A stretch of DNA of 13,982 nucleotides, taken from the NCBI GenBank assembly GCA_048938445.1, contig JBHLME010000119.1:1-13982 (forward strand). The letters run 5' to 3'. Both the position numbers and the translations under genes were made by a program. This DNA comes from Promethearchaeota archaeon (lineage in GTDB: Archaea; Asgardarchaeota; Lokiarchaeia; Sigyniarchaeales; SOKP01). The notes under the pieces are model-generated. The model searched no databases, was not told where the DNA came from, and worked only from the letters and a program-made list of their open reading frames with translations. Positions 1-8,245 of this stretch are shown here, piece by piece. Each line of letters begins with the position of its first letter. The first letter of the stretch is position 1.

Positions 1-341
1 TCCTGCTAGGCCCATACTTCTTGCTTTTACGTATATTAATCTTTTTTTAAGATATTCAAATTTGTATTCAATTTCATAAACAACTAATATAAATATCACT
101 GAGATATTGATTTAAATATAATCTTAGTCCTCTATCAATGGAACAATGTTATAATTCACTCTAACCAATTAATCTTAATCCAAGGATCTTGTATATTCTA
201 TTTTATAGAAAATTTCAGATTTCTTTTATATGAAATACTTTTAATTTCTCTGGAATATTAAAATTGACAAAAATCAATAATCTTTTTTATAAAATTTAAA
301 TATGATATAATTGGACTTCAAAAAATTATTTAAATTTTAAT

Positions 342-1382
342 ATGAACGATAAAAAATCTCATAAAAATCAGCTACTTCAAAAGTTCATCTGTATAATCAC
401 AATTTTTTTGATCATCCTACCAAGTTTTAATGTTTTTGGATTTATTTTTATCCAAGGTTCCAATAAGCCTCTTAGCAAAATTGAAAAAATCCAAAGTTCT
501 AAGCTTGAGGAACAATATCTTGAAAAAGAACTCATCCAAGAAATAGATTTAATAATCGTTGATAAAAGCATTCAAATGAATTTTGGAACAGCAACAATTT
601 CTGAAGAGGACATAAAAATCATATATTGTAGATTAGGTTTAATATTTTCTATAATCATTCTTGAATTTAGCGTAATACTCAAAAAAGGCATTGGAAAAAA
701 TCGAAAGGAAGAAAAAAACCATTCAGAAAATTGTCAACATGCCCTTTATCACCAGATTGATCAAGAAAGAGTAGTTCTCAATAGTATTCAAGAATATCTA
801 CAAAATAACAGACATTTGGAAATAGAAAAAACCATCCAGTATTTAAAATCAAAATTTGCAAAATCAAGTGTTGATCTAAATAACACAGGGATTGAGCTTA
901 TTGTAAAATCCCTCTTAGACAAGAAATTTATCGTGGAAGGATCAAAATTAACAAGAGGAAATGTATTAGAAAATCCGAATCGAAGTGTCATCTATGAATT
1001 TATAAAAGAAAAACCAGGAGTCCACTTAATGAAAATTGTGAGAGGGCTAAATATGAGTAATTTTCTGGTAAGGTGGCATTTAGATATGCTCTTAAAATTT
1101 AATTACATAAAGTGTGAAAAAATAAGTAATCATGAGATTTATTATGATATCTCCATTAATCCAGAAGAGGCAAGGTGTAATCATTTAATTATGAAAGATA
1201 AATGTTCAAATATATTGAATTACTTGGAGAAAAATGATAAAGGATCAACGAAATATCAACTCGCAAAAGGACTTGGAATGCATTACAATACAATCAGTAA
1301 ATATTTGACTGAGTTAGGTGAATATGGTATGATATTCAAGAAAAAATCTAATAATAGGATTTTATACTTTTTAAATGATTAA
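342..1382 (+). CDS. Membrane-anchored transcriptional regulator with tandem winged helix-turn-helix domains (COG3398/ArsR-like)
   Basis: Two N-terminal hydrophobic segments (FICIITIFLIILPSFNVFGFIFI; LGLIFSIIILEFSVIL). Two C-terminal wHTH-like units: LENPNRSVIYEFIKEKPGVHLMKIVRGLNMSNFLVRWHLDML and ILNYLEKNDKGSTKYQLAKGLGMHYNTISKYLTELGEYGMI. Confidence 0.8.
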   Translation: MNDKKSHKNQLLQKFICIITIFLIILPSFNVFGFIFIQGSNKPLSKIEKIQSSKLEEQYLEKELIQEIDLIIVDKSIQMNFGTATISEEDIKIIYCRLGLIFSIIILEFSVILKKGIGKNRKEEKNHSENCQHALYHQIDQERVVLNSIQEYLQNNRHLEIEKTIQYLKSKFAKSSVDLNNTGIELIVKSLLDKKFIVEGSKLTRGNVLENPNRSVIYEFIKEKPGVHLMKIVRGLNMSNFLVRWHLDMLLKFNYIKCEKISNHEIYYDISINPEEARCNHLIMKDKCSNILNYLEKNDKGSTKYQLAKGLGMHYNTISKYLTELGEYGMIFKKKSNNRILYFLND

Positions 1383-1620
1383 TTACTGGAAAAATTTACA
1401 TAAATTCTTCAAATCCAGTAGAAAACTAAATTAACAGATTTTTATTATAGCTACTATTTTCAAAAACCTCTATGATGATTTTATAAAGGATTTCTTAATT
1501 TTTTTTATTATAATACAAATTGGAAAAAAATGATTAGTAAATACTAAAGTCATTAAAGTGGATTAAGAGTGAAATCCTATAAAATTTTCAAAAGATAATC
1601 ATGCTCATAGGTATAATTAT

Positions 1621-4023
1621 ATGGAAAGATTAAGCAAGAAAAATATTCAGAAAATCGGAATAATAATTGGAATTGTTATTTTTATTATAGGTTTGGTTTT
1701 AAATTCCATATTACCTTCCGATTTTTCAAGAGCTAATATCGAGCCTTTCACATTAGCAGAAGATGAATATCAGGTTACTATATTTGATCCTGGTATCAAT
1801 CAGATTGATTATGATTTTAAAATAGATTTGCATATATATATTACTGGAGAACCAAATTGCACTGTTTTAATTTTAAATTTAATAGAATATGAGAAATTCC
1901 TAGCTGAAGATTCATTAGATAATGTATCAGCATTGAATACAATAGATGGTCAATATGAGCCTAGAATGGATTCGATTGGTTATGTTGGATCTTTTTCAAG
2001 TAAGAATAGTGGTGTTATTTGTGTATTAATTGTTAATTTTGAAAATATTTCTGAAATAGAATATTATGGGTATTATTATACAATTAGCACTCCGATGTTC
2101 TTATATGGAGCAATTATAATGTTAATTGGAGTCATTATTGTCTTTAGTTTTTTAACATGGTATTTAAACGGATGGCAGAGATATTTTGCTATTGGAGTTG
2201 GAATTAACTTAAGTTTATTCATTGCCCGCATCCCGATCATGCCTTATCTATTTAATGAAACTCCTATGTTAATGGGACTTCAAAATATCTTTGATATTGA
2301 ATTGTTTAGGGATTTTGAAGCCTACTATCTTGGATGGACAAAAGCATTTACAAGTGGAGTATTTCCCTACTCAGAACAATATTTTTCTTATTATTATGGA
2401 CCACTTTTCATCCTAACACTTGGAAGTTTTGCTTACTTACCGATTCCTTGTTGGAGTGTAGCAATACCTTTATTTTTATCTTCTATAGGATCCGGATATC
2501 TACTTTTACTAATTTCACGACAGTTAACTAAAAATGAAAAATTTTCGATATTCGCAATGATGTTATTCTTTATAAATCCATTTACTTTAATGTATGCAAG
2601 TTTTATATGGTTAAATCCACCTATATTTACGGTATTTATATTATTATCATTTTATCTTGCCCTTATTAAAAAGAATTATTTATCAATTCTAATATTAGCC
2701 ATTGGAACAATGTACAAACAATATACAATAATTTTTTTTCCGCTTATACTCTTAATGTTGATAAAGAATCATAAAGGAAGCGATCGAAAATCTAAATTAA
2801 AACTCTTTTTTTCCTATTTACTTATTTATGGAGCCACTATCTTAGCAATTTCGCTTCCATTTCTGATTATTAAAACTCAATCGTATATTGAATTATATAT
2901 TATTAATATATCTTTTTCATTTGAGTTTTTTACAACCCTTAATTTTTACCCTAATTGGCCTACTCATTTTAACTCTTTTTTCTTGCTAATTGGTCTTCCA
3001 GATATCATTATTCAAGCAATTGCATACTTGCTTGTTTATTATGTTTTATTAGGAGGGAGTTTTGGGATCATATACTTGTTGTATGCTAAAAATTCAAAAT
3101 ATAAAAAGATCATAAAATTAAACTCAAATCATTCGAACATTATAGAAGCACTCTTTTTATCAATTTTTCTTATAATTAGCTTCCAATTGTTTTATCCCCG
3201 AGGATTTAAGTATAACTTGGTGCTTTTAACACCTTTTATTTCATTTTTTTTTAATTTACAGGATTTACATCTTCTTGGAATGAGTTCAATTGAAGAAAAA
3301 AATTTTAAATTTCAAAAAAAGTATTTAATTCCATTATTACTTTCATGGATAGTTTTTTTATGTTTTAAACATATTTATTTTTTAATTCTTATTGCCTGGT
3401 GTCTTTGCTATATATATTATAATTATAATTTCAAAAAAAAGTATATTAAGAAATTTAAGAAAATGATTCAATCTGATGAAAAAAAAAGTAATCTTAATGA
3501 ATTACCTCGCCCAGGTTCAACAATTTATGATTTTCACTTTCAAAGAGATGAGTTAAAGAAAAGAAAGTTGAAAAGGTGGCAAAAATTAAACAAATATTTC
3601 ATGATACCTTTATATCGAGCGAGATTATTACCATTATTAGGTTTTGGGAGGATTATACTATTATTAAAAACTACAGAATGGAAGACTGGAGAAAAAAGAC
3701 TAACTCCACTCGAATATAGAACAATTGATGGAAGCATTACGATATTTTCTGCGATGGGGGAGAAATCTATCTGGGTTAAAAATTTACGTGCAAATCCCGA
3801 AAAAGCAACTGTAAGACAGGGATTCCACCATTTTATACCTAATATAGAATTTATAACAGATGTAGATCAAAAAATTTCCATAATAAAATCATATGTTACT
3901 AAATTCGGGAAGTCCTCAAAAATGTTGTTCGGGTGGAATCCAAAACAAGATGATCCAGAATCAATTGATTATTTAAAATTAGTAAATTTACTCTCAATTA
4001 TAAAGCTTCATAAAACAACCTAA
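1621..4023 (+). CDS. Polytopic membrane protein (GT-C fold, GT87/DUF2029-like glycosyltransferase) fused to a C-terminal deazaflavin (F420)-dependent nitroreductase-family domain
   Basis: More than 10 hydrophobic segments. The loop DFEAYYLGW...GVFPY...YYYGPLF and later FFINPF and GTMYKQY resemble GT87-type motifs. From M615 (nt 3463), ILLLKTTEWKTGEKRLTPLEY...WVKNLRANP matches the Ddn/F420H2_quin_red pattern. An AGGT Shine-Dalgarno-like site lies at 1609-1612. Confidence 0.7.
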   Translation: MERLSKKNIQKIGIIIGIVIFIIGLVLNSILPSDFSRANIEPFTLAEDEYQVTIFDPGINQIDYDFKIDLHIYITGEPNCTVLILNLIEYEKFLAEDSLDNVSALNTIDGQYEPRMDSIGYVGSFSSKNSGVICVLIVNFENISEIEYYGYYYTISTPMFLYGAIIMLIGVIIVFSFLTWYLNGWQRYFAIGVGINLSLFIARIPIMPYLFNETPMLMGLQNIFDIELFRDFEAYYLGWTKAFTSGVFPYSEQYFSYYYGPLFILTLGSFAYLPIPCWSVAIPLFLSSIGSGYLLLLISRQLTKNEKFSIFAMMLFFINPFTLMYASFIWLNPPIFTVFILLSFYLALIKKNYLSILILAIGTMYKQYTIIFFPLILLMLIKNHKGSDRKSKLKLFFSYLLIYGATILAISLPFLIIKTQSYIELYIINISFSFEFFTTLNFYPNWPTHFNSFFLLIGLPDIIIQAIAYLLVYYVLLGGSFGIIYLLYAKNSKYKKIIKLNSNHSNIIEALFLSIFLIISFQLFYPRGFKYNLVLLTPFISFFFNLQDLHLLGMSSIEEKNFKFQKKYLIPLLLSWIVFLCFKHIYFLILIAWCLCYIYYNYNFKKKYIKKFKKMIQSDEKKSNLNELPRPGSTIYDFHFQRDELKKRKLKRWQKLNKYFMIPLYRARLLPLLGFGRIILLLKTTEWKTGEKRLTPLEYRTIDGSITIFSAMGEKSIWVKNLRANPEKATVRQGFHHFIPNIEFITDVDQKISIIKSYVTKFGKSSKMLFGWNPKQDDPESIDYLKLVNLLSIIKLHKTT

Positions 4024-4036
4024 TTTTTATTTTAAT

Positions 4037-4048
4037 AAAGTTTATATA
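4037..4048 (+). promoter_or_regulatory. Putative archaeal BRE/TATA box for the downstream membrane protein gene
   Basis: AAAG-TTTATATA: purine-rich BRE-like bases followed by a consensus TATA at 4041-4048 in the 4024-4098 intergenic region. Confidence 0.5.
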
Positions 4049-4098
4049 ACCTCTTCTCTTATCTGTTTAACAATATTTAAAGGTTAACAATTTAAATA

Positions 4099-4686
4099 GT
4101 GGTTTTAAATATGGCAGAAACTGAAGATGAGACGTTTTGGAAAAGTATGATAAAGAGACTCTGGATATTTTTTGTTATTATTGCCATAACAGCAGTCGCT
4201 TTCATCATAGGATTGATAGCAGTACTATACTTTCACATGAATTCATGGATGGTAACCAGTGGAATAATTACATTTGGTCAATTTTCAGTAGGAACTCTTC
4301 TCTTATTCCTCATTCAGCTAATATTGTGGGAGCTTTTATTAGTATTTTTGCCTGGAGGGTGTTTTTTTGGTATAGCTTTTTACATTTGGTGGAAGAAGCT
4401 AATAACTCCCGAGGAAAGAGAATACTTGAAAAGAAAAGAAGAAAAAGAAAAAGAATCTAAATTAAAGAAACATAGGAACAGCGCTGGTGGTGGCTTTTCA
4501 TTTATAGTGTTTATTGCTTTTTTCATTGTCCTGGTCATTCAGAATAAACATTTGGTAACTTTTGAAAATTTAGCTTTTATAGATTTAGTAACTGCTTGGC
4601 TTTTGGGTTTAATGTGGATTTTAATAATTTTTGGAATACCTTGTGCAGTTGGTGGACTCATTTGGTATTTTAAATATAAAAAATAA
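4099..4686 (+). CDS. Hypothetical integral membrane protein (about 4 TM, charged central loop); real start possibly ATG at 4111
   Basis: Hydrophobic helices flank a highly charged loop (EEREYLKRKEEKEKESKLKKHR) followed by GGGFSFIVFIAFFIVLVI. No recognisable catalytic motif. Confidence 0.75.
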   Translation: MVLNMAETEDETFWKSMIKRLWIFFVIIAITAVAFIIGLIAVLYFHMNSWMVTSGIITFGQFSVGTLLLFLIQLILWELLLVFLPGGCFFGIAFYIWWKKLITPEEREYLKRKEEKEKESKLKKHRNSAGGGFSFIVFIAFFIVLVIQNKHLVTFENLAFIDLVTAWLLGLMWILIIFGIPCAVGGLIWYFKYKK

Positions 4687-4697
4687 TTTTTTTTTTT
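4687..4697 (+). terminator. Oligo-T intrinsic terminator (T11)
   Basis: Eleven consecutive T directly after the TAA at 4684-4686, between convergent genes. This is the typical archaeal termination signal. Confidence 0.6.
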
Positions 4698-4725
4698 ATT
4701 TTAATCATTAATTGTTTATTTAGTT

Positions 4726-5292
4726 TTATTTCACTTTTGAAATCGTAGTTATATTAGCTAAATCTAAAGAATATTTAACTCGACGTTGATGGGAGTTTAA
4801 ATCATTAATTTTGCCAACTGCGCTATTAGCTAAGCTTTTTATGGTATTGGATCTCTTTATATAATATTTTTCTGGAAGTTCATAAAATTCTAAACATTTA
4901 TATGAGCAAAACTCCACACATTTTGGTGAGCCATCACATAAATCACATTTAATTATTTTAATGTCCTTAGAAAATTCAATTGCACCAAAAGGGCACGCCT
5001 CAATACATTGCTGACAACTAGTACAGAGATCCGAATTAAAATCAACGATTAATTCTCCATTTGAGGTCTTTTTTTTATAAATTGCACCAGTTGGACAAGC
5101 ATCCATACATAAGGGTTCTTCACATTGAACACATACGAGTGGTCTGCTCCATCCTTCAAGTCCATTTGTGATAATTTTAATACAAGAGCGTTCAGGAATA
5201 AAAGATCCGTACTTAGTACTTGAACATGCTAATTCACACATTCGGCATCCCGTGCAATTTTCTGCTTGAATTATTAGGACTTTATTACTCAT
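4726..5292 (-). CDS. 4x[4Fe-4S] electron-transfer protein (DmsB/HydN-like), probable small subunit of the adjacent AOR
   Basis: Cys motifs CTGCRMCELAC, CVQCEEPLCMDACP, CTSCQQCIEACP and KCDLCDGSPKCVEFC. Lies 21 nt downstream of the AOR gene on the same strand. Confidence 0.92.
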   Translation of the reverse strand: MSNKVLIIQAENCTGCRMCELACSSTKYGSFIPERSCIKIITNGLEGWSRPLVCVQCEEPLCMDACPTGAIYKKKTSNGELIVDFNSDLCTSCQQCIEACPFGAIEFSKDIKIIKCDLCDGSPKCVEFCSYKCLEFYELPEKYYIKRSNTIKSLANSAVGKINDLNSHQRRVKYSLDLANITTISKVK

Positions 5293-5313
5293 TTTATTAT
5301 ATAACTCTTTTAA

Positions 5314-7137
5314 TTATGATTTTAATGTTATTTTAGGCTCCCTGCTAAAATCATACTTAGTGAGTGTTTCTCGTGTTGGAACACCCACCTCATTCCATCC
5401 TCGATTCAAATAATAATTCATCCTCATTTTTAAGAAATTTTCATTTCCTATTATCTTCCCTTTCGCAGGCCCTTCAATTAGACTTTCTTCTAAAATTCTT
5501 TTAGGTAACATATCATCTTTATAAGTTAATCCTTCTCGAAGATTAATACGCCGGATGAGCGTTTCAATGATTTCTGCTTTAAAATTCAGCTCATCCCAAG
5601 TATACTTTAATCCAGTAATATAATTTAAATAATCACACCATATCTTTTTATTAAACGATAAAGCTTGTGCAGGAAAGTCGCAAACTATTAGATTATGTAA
5701 GATACATCTCTCATTCATTAATTCTATAACCATTTCCGCTTTATTTTCTGTTGTAAAAGGATCAATTCCACCCAATATTTCTTTTGCTGGAGGCCAAGCT
5801 CTTCTATGACAAGCACCTCTAGGAGTAACAGAATATGTAATAGTACTTCCCCACCCTGCTCGGGGATCATACCCGGGAAATTCTAAACCCTTGGAATGTA
5901 ATGCAAAATCTTCAGTACCTTTTTTTAGCTGTTCGGACATTTTTTTTACACCTTGCGCACAAAAATTTCCAAAACCTTTTTTATGAGCCATAAGCTCAAG
6001 TAATTTGATCATTTCTTTATAGTTGCCAAATTTCAGTTCTAAACCATCCGTATCTTTTATCGTTAGGAGGCCTCGCTCAAAGCATTCCATTACAAAACCA
6101 ATAATTACTCCAGATGAAATTGTATCCATTCCTAAGTCATCGCATAAATAATTTGCTTTCATTATTGCTGGTAAATAATCAATTTCCAAGTTTGAACCTA
6201 GTAAAGAAAGTGTTTCATACTCAGGACCTTCAAGGATGAGGTTTTTAAACTCTCCGTCTTTGACTTTTGTAATATTAGAACATGACGCAAAACATGCAAA
6301 ACATGCTCGAAAACTTGTTGTTAGTTTATTGACAGCTAGCATATCAATGTTATCTTTTGCTTTAGGAAAGTGGCCAATTGTAAAGTTCCGAGTTGGTAAC
6401 ATTCCTGCGGCATTTGTGATACTTAGCGTCATTGGAGTAATTATCCTTCTTTTTCTTTTTTTGACAAGTTTTAAAGTAAGTGCTGATAACTTATCCATTT
6501 TCGCGCATTCAACTCCCCCTGAACCCTTGATAGCAATTGATTTAAGGTTTTTTGAACCCATTACCGCACCAGTTCCACCTCTTCCAGCTTTTCGAAAAAA
6601 ATCACTTCCAACACATGCAAATTGGAGGAGGTTTTCACCAGCAGGACCAATTGAAAGGCAACCACATTCTGGATGAAACCTTTCCTTCATATAAATTTCT
6701 GTCTCAAAAGCTCCTTTTCCCCATAGATGCATTGCATCATGATAACTCACAAGATCATCTTCAATTGTTAAATATAGAGGATGATGTGCTTTACCTTTAA
6801 TAATTAAAGCATCAAATCCTGCATATTTTAACTCAGGAGATACTCTGCCACTGGAATAAGATTCAAGCCAACCACCCGTTGTGGGAGATTTAGTTATAAT
6901 CACGTGTTTTGCTGAACCAAGAGCCATAGTTCCACCGAGTGGTCCCGTAATTACCATAAAAAGATTGTCTGGCTCAAGTGCTCCTGTTTGCGGAGAGAGA
7001 AGATCCCAATATAATTTTGAGCCTAATCCTCGACCTCCTATATATTTTACTAAGATTTCCTCTGGAATTGAAATAATTTCATGATTTTCTTGGTTTAAAT
7101 TGATAAATAATAATTTTCCTTTATAACCATCAAGCAT
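5314..7137 (-). CDS. aor: Tungsten-dependent aldehyde:ferredoxin oxidoreductase (AOR/WOR family)
   Basis: Family motifs: GYKGKLLFINL, YIGGRGLG, KSPTTG, ELKYAGFD, IGPAGENL, GRGGTGAVMGSKNLK, LPTRNF, the CxxCxxxC Fe-S motif (CFACFASC), EGPEYET, CDDLGMDTIS, YDPR, RGACH, YYLNRGWNEVGVPT. Length 607 aa. Confidence 0.95.
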   Translation of the reverse strand: MLDGYKGKLLFINLNQENHEIISIPEEILVKYIGGRGLGSKLYWDLLSPQTGALEPDNLFMVITGPLGGTMALGSAKHVIITKSPTTGGWLESYSSGRVSPELKYAGFDALIIKGKAHHPLYLTIEDDLVSYHDAMHLWGKGAFETEIYMKERFHPECGCLSIGPAGENLLQFACVGSDFFRKAGRGGTGAVMGSKNLKSIAIKGSGGVECAKMDKLSALTLKLVKKRKRRIITPMTLSITNAAGMLPTRNFTIGHFPKAKDNIDMLAVNKLTTSFRACFACFASCSNITKVKDGEFKNLILEGPEYETLSLLGSNLEIDYLPAIMKANYLCDDLGMDTISSGVIIGFVMECFERGLLTIKDTDGLELKFGNYKEMIKLLELMAHKKGFGNFCAQGVKKMSEQLKKGTEDFALHSKGLEFPGYDPRAGWGSTITYSVTPRGACHRRAWPPAKEILGGIDPFTTENKAEMVIELMNERCILHNLIVCDFPAQALSFNKKIWCDYLNYITGLKYTWDELNFKAEIIETLIRRINLREGLTYKDDMLPKRILEESLIEGPAKGKIIGNENFLKMRMNYYLNRGWNEVGVPTRETLTKYDFSREPKITLKS

Positions 7138-7140
7138 TTT

Positions 7141-7163
7141 TATATATTCGAGTATATATATTA
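7141..7163 (-). promoter_or_regulatory. Candidate TATA element and overlapping near-palindromic operator upstream of aor
   Basis: TATATATTCGAGTATATA (7141-7158) is an 18-bp palindrome with one mismatched pair, 3 nt from the aor ATG. The minus strand reads TTAATATATA about 17-26 nt upstream of the ATG. Confidence 0.35.
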
Positions 7164-7174
7164 AAAATAATTAA

Positions 7175-7795
7175 TTACTCATGGATTAGAGCCATTACTT
7201 CTTTTTCAAGTTGTCTTAAAATTAAGTTTCCCATTCCTAGCTTTACATTAGCGGTAAATATTAATATCATTATATACTTTTTTTGATGTATATTAAAAAA
7301 TCGAGAGCATACCATCTGCTTATTTTCGAGGACCAGATAAATTCTACTTGTATCTATGAGATTTTCTTCTTTTCTAACTTCGAATTCTCTAATGGTGTTG
7401 AATAGAGTATCTGGAGGAAGTGAAGAATATATAATTTTGCCTTCAATGCTAAATAAGGCACTTCCAAGAATCTCTTGGTCATCTACAACACTTCTTAAAA
7501 CTCGTATAATATCATTTAGCTTTGGAATAACGTGATGGGCTTCTTGTTCTTCATCTTTATCTAAGTATTCAATCGTTGAAAAGTCAAAATCGACTTGTTG
7601 ATAACCTCTTACTTTAAAATTCTTGTCAATAAAAGCTTGAAAACTATGTTCACAACATAATTTTGCGGGTATGGAAACAGTAGTCAACTGCTTGCTCTGA
7701 TTTATAATCTTAACGGGGACAGATAATTTTTTTTTAGTATCACATTTAGGACAAATTATAGAAACTTCCTTGAGAGAATCTTCTGTTTCAACCAT
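7175..7795 (-). CDS. Two-domain protein: N-terminal Zn-binding (CPxC...CxH) domain plus C-terminal Roadblock/MglB/LAMTOR-like domain
   Basis: N-terminal CPKC...CCEHSFQAFIDKNFKVRGYQQVDF, a domain I associate with Lokiarchaeia hypothetical proteins. C-terminal EILGSALFSIEGKIIYSSLP...IMILIFTANVKLGMGNLILRQLEKEV follows the Roadblock/LC7 pattern. The fold call is by eye. Confidence 0.6.
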   Translation of the reverse strand: MVETEDSLKEVSIICPKCDTKKKLSVPVKIINQSKQLTTVSIPAKLCCEHSFQAFIDKNFKVRGYQQVDFDFSTIEYLDKDEEQEAHHVIPKLNDIIRVLRSVVDDQEILGSALFSIEGKIIYSSLPPDTLFNTIREFEVRKEENLIDTSRIYLVLENKQMVCSRFFNIHQKKYIMILIFTANVKLGMGNLILRQLEKEVMALIHE

Positions 7796-8227
7796 TTTTA
7801 CTATTTTTTTATGTAGTTCTTGCTCTTATTAGTAATATATTAAATAAAAAATTATATGTTAATTTACTCTTAATGAGATGCTTTAAATTTATTATTGAAT
7901 CACTCACGTGTTCTTTGGAATTATTTAAATTGAAATTAAAGATAATAGAGAATATCTATTTTAAGAAGGTTTAAATAAACCTTATTAAAAAATAAAATGC
8001 TATTATAAAAATTTATTGAAAAAAAAAGGTTTTTTAATAAGAATTTTTATAATATTATCAAAAAAAATTTCTGTAAAATCTAAAATAGATTTATTTCACA
8101 TTAGAACTAATCAACATTTTCGTTAAATTCATTGAAAAGTCAATAGAAACAGGGGTAAGGTTTTTCATATAATGCAAGAAAACATTGAATTTCAGTATTT
8201 CAATAAAAATCAGATCATTAACATAAA

Positions 8228-8235
8228 TTTATAAG
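8228..8235 (+). promoter_or_regulatory. Putative TATA box of the longin-cheW-cheY-cheA operon
   Basis: TTTATAAG preceded by A-rich bases, beginning 27 nt upstream of the in-frame ATG at 8255. Compatible with a leaderless transcript starting near 8255. Confidence 0.4.
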
Positions 8236-8245
8236 GGTTTACTCG

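Noticed and set aside
1-15. Possible start of a minus-strand gene (ATG at 15-13; MGLAG...) running off the left edge
   Set aside because: Only five codons are visible from that ATG, which is too little to support a call.
200-341. Several TATA-like words (for example TTTATAAA at 286-293) upstream of the 342 gene
   Set aside because: The region is too AT-rich to pick one element over background.
377-991. Short minus-strand ORFs 377-571 and 788-991
   Set aside because: Antisense shadows inside the wHTH regulator gene, with no recognisable motifs.
3301-3446. Imperfect direct repeat AATTTCAAAAAAA(A)GTAT about 120 bp apart (near 3308 and 3427)
   Set aside because: Low-complexity A/T sequence encoding Lys-rich loops, with only two copies. 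It is not a CRISPR or a convincing duplication.
2334-4460. Alternative-frame or antisense ORFs 2334-2531, 3540-3737 and 4137-4460
   Set aside because: Fully nested in better-supported CDSs, with no family signal.
6236-7084. Plus-strand ORFs 6236-6676, 6552-6800 and 6881-7084
   Set aside because: Antisense to the strongly supported aor gene.
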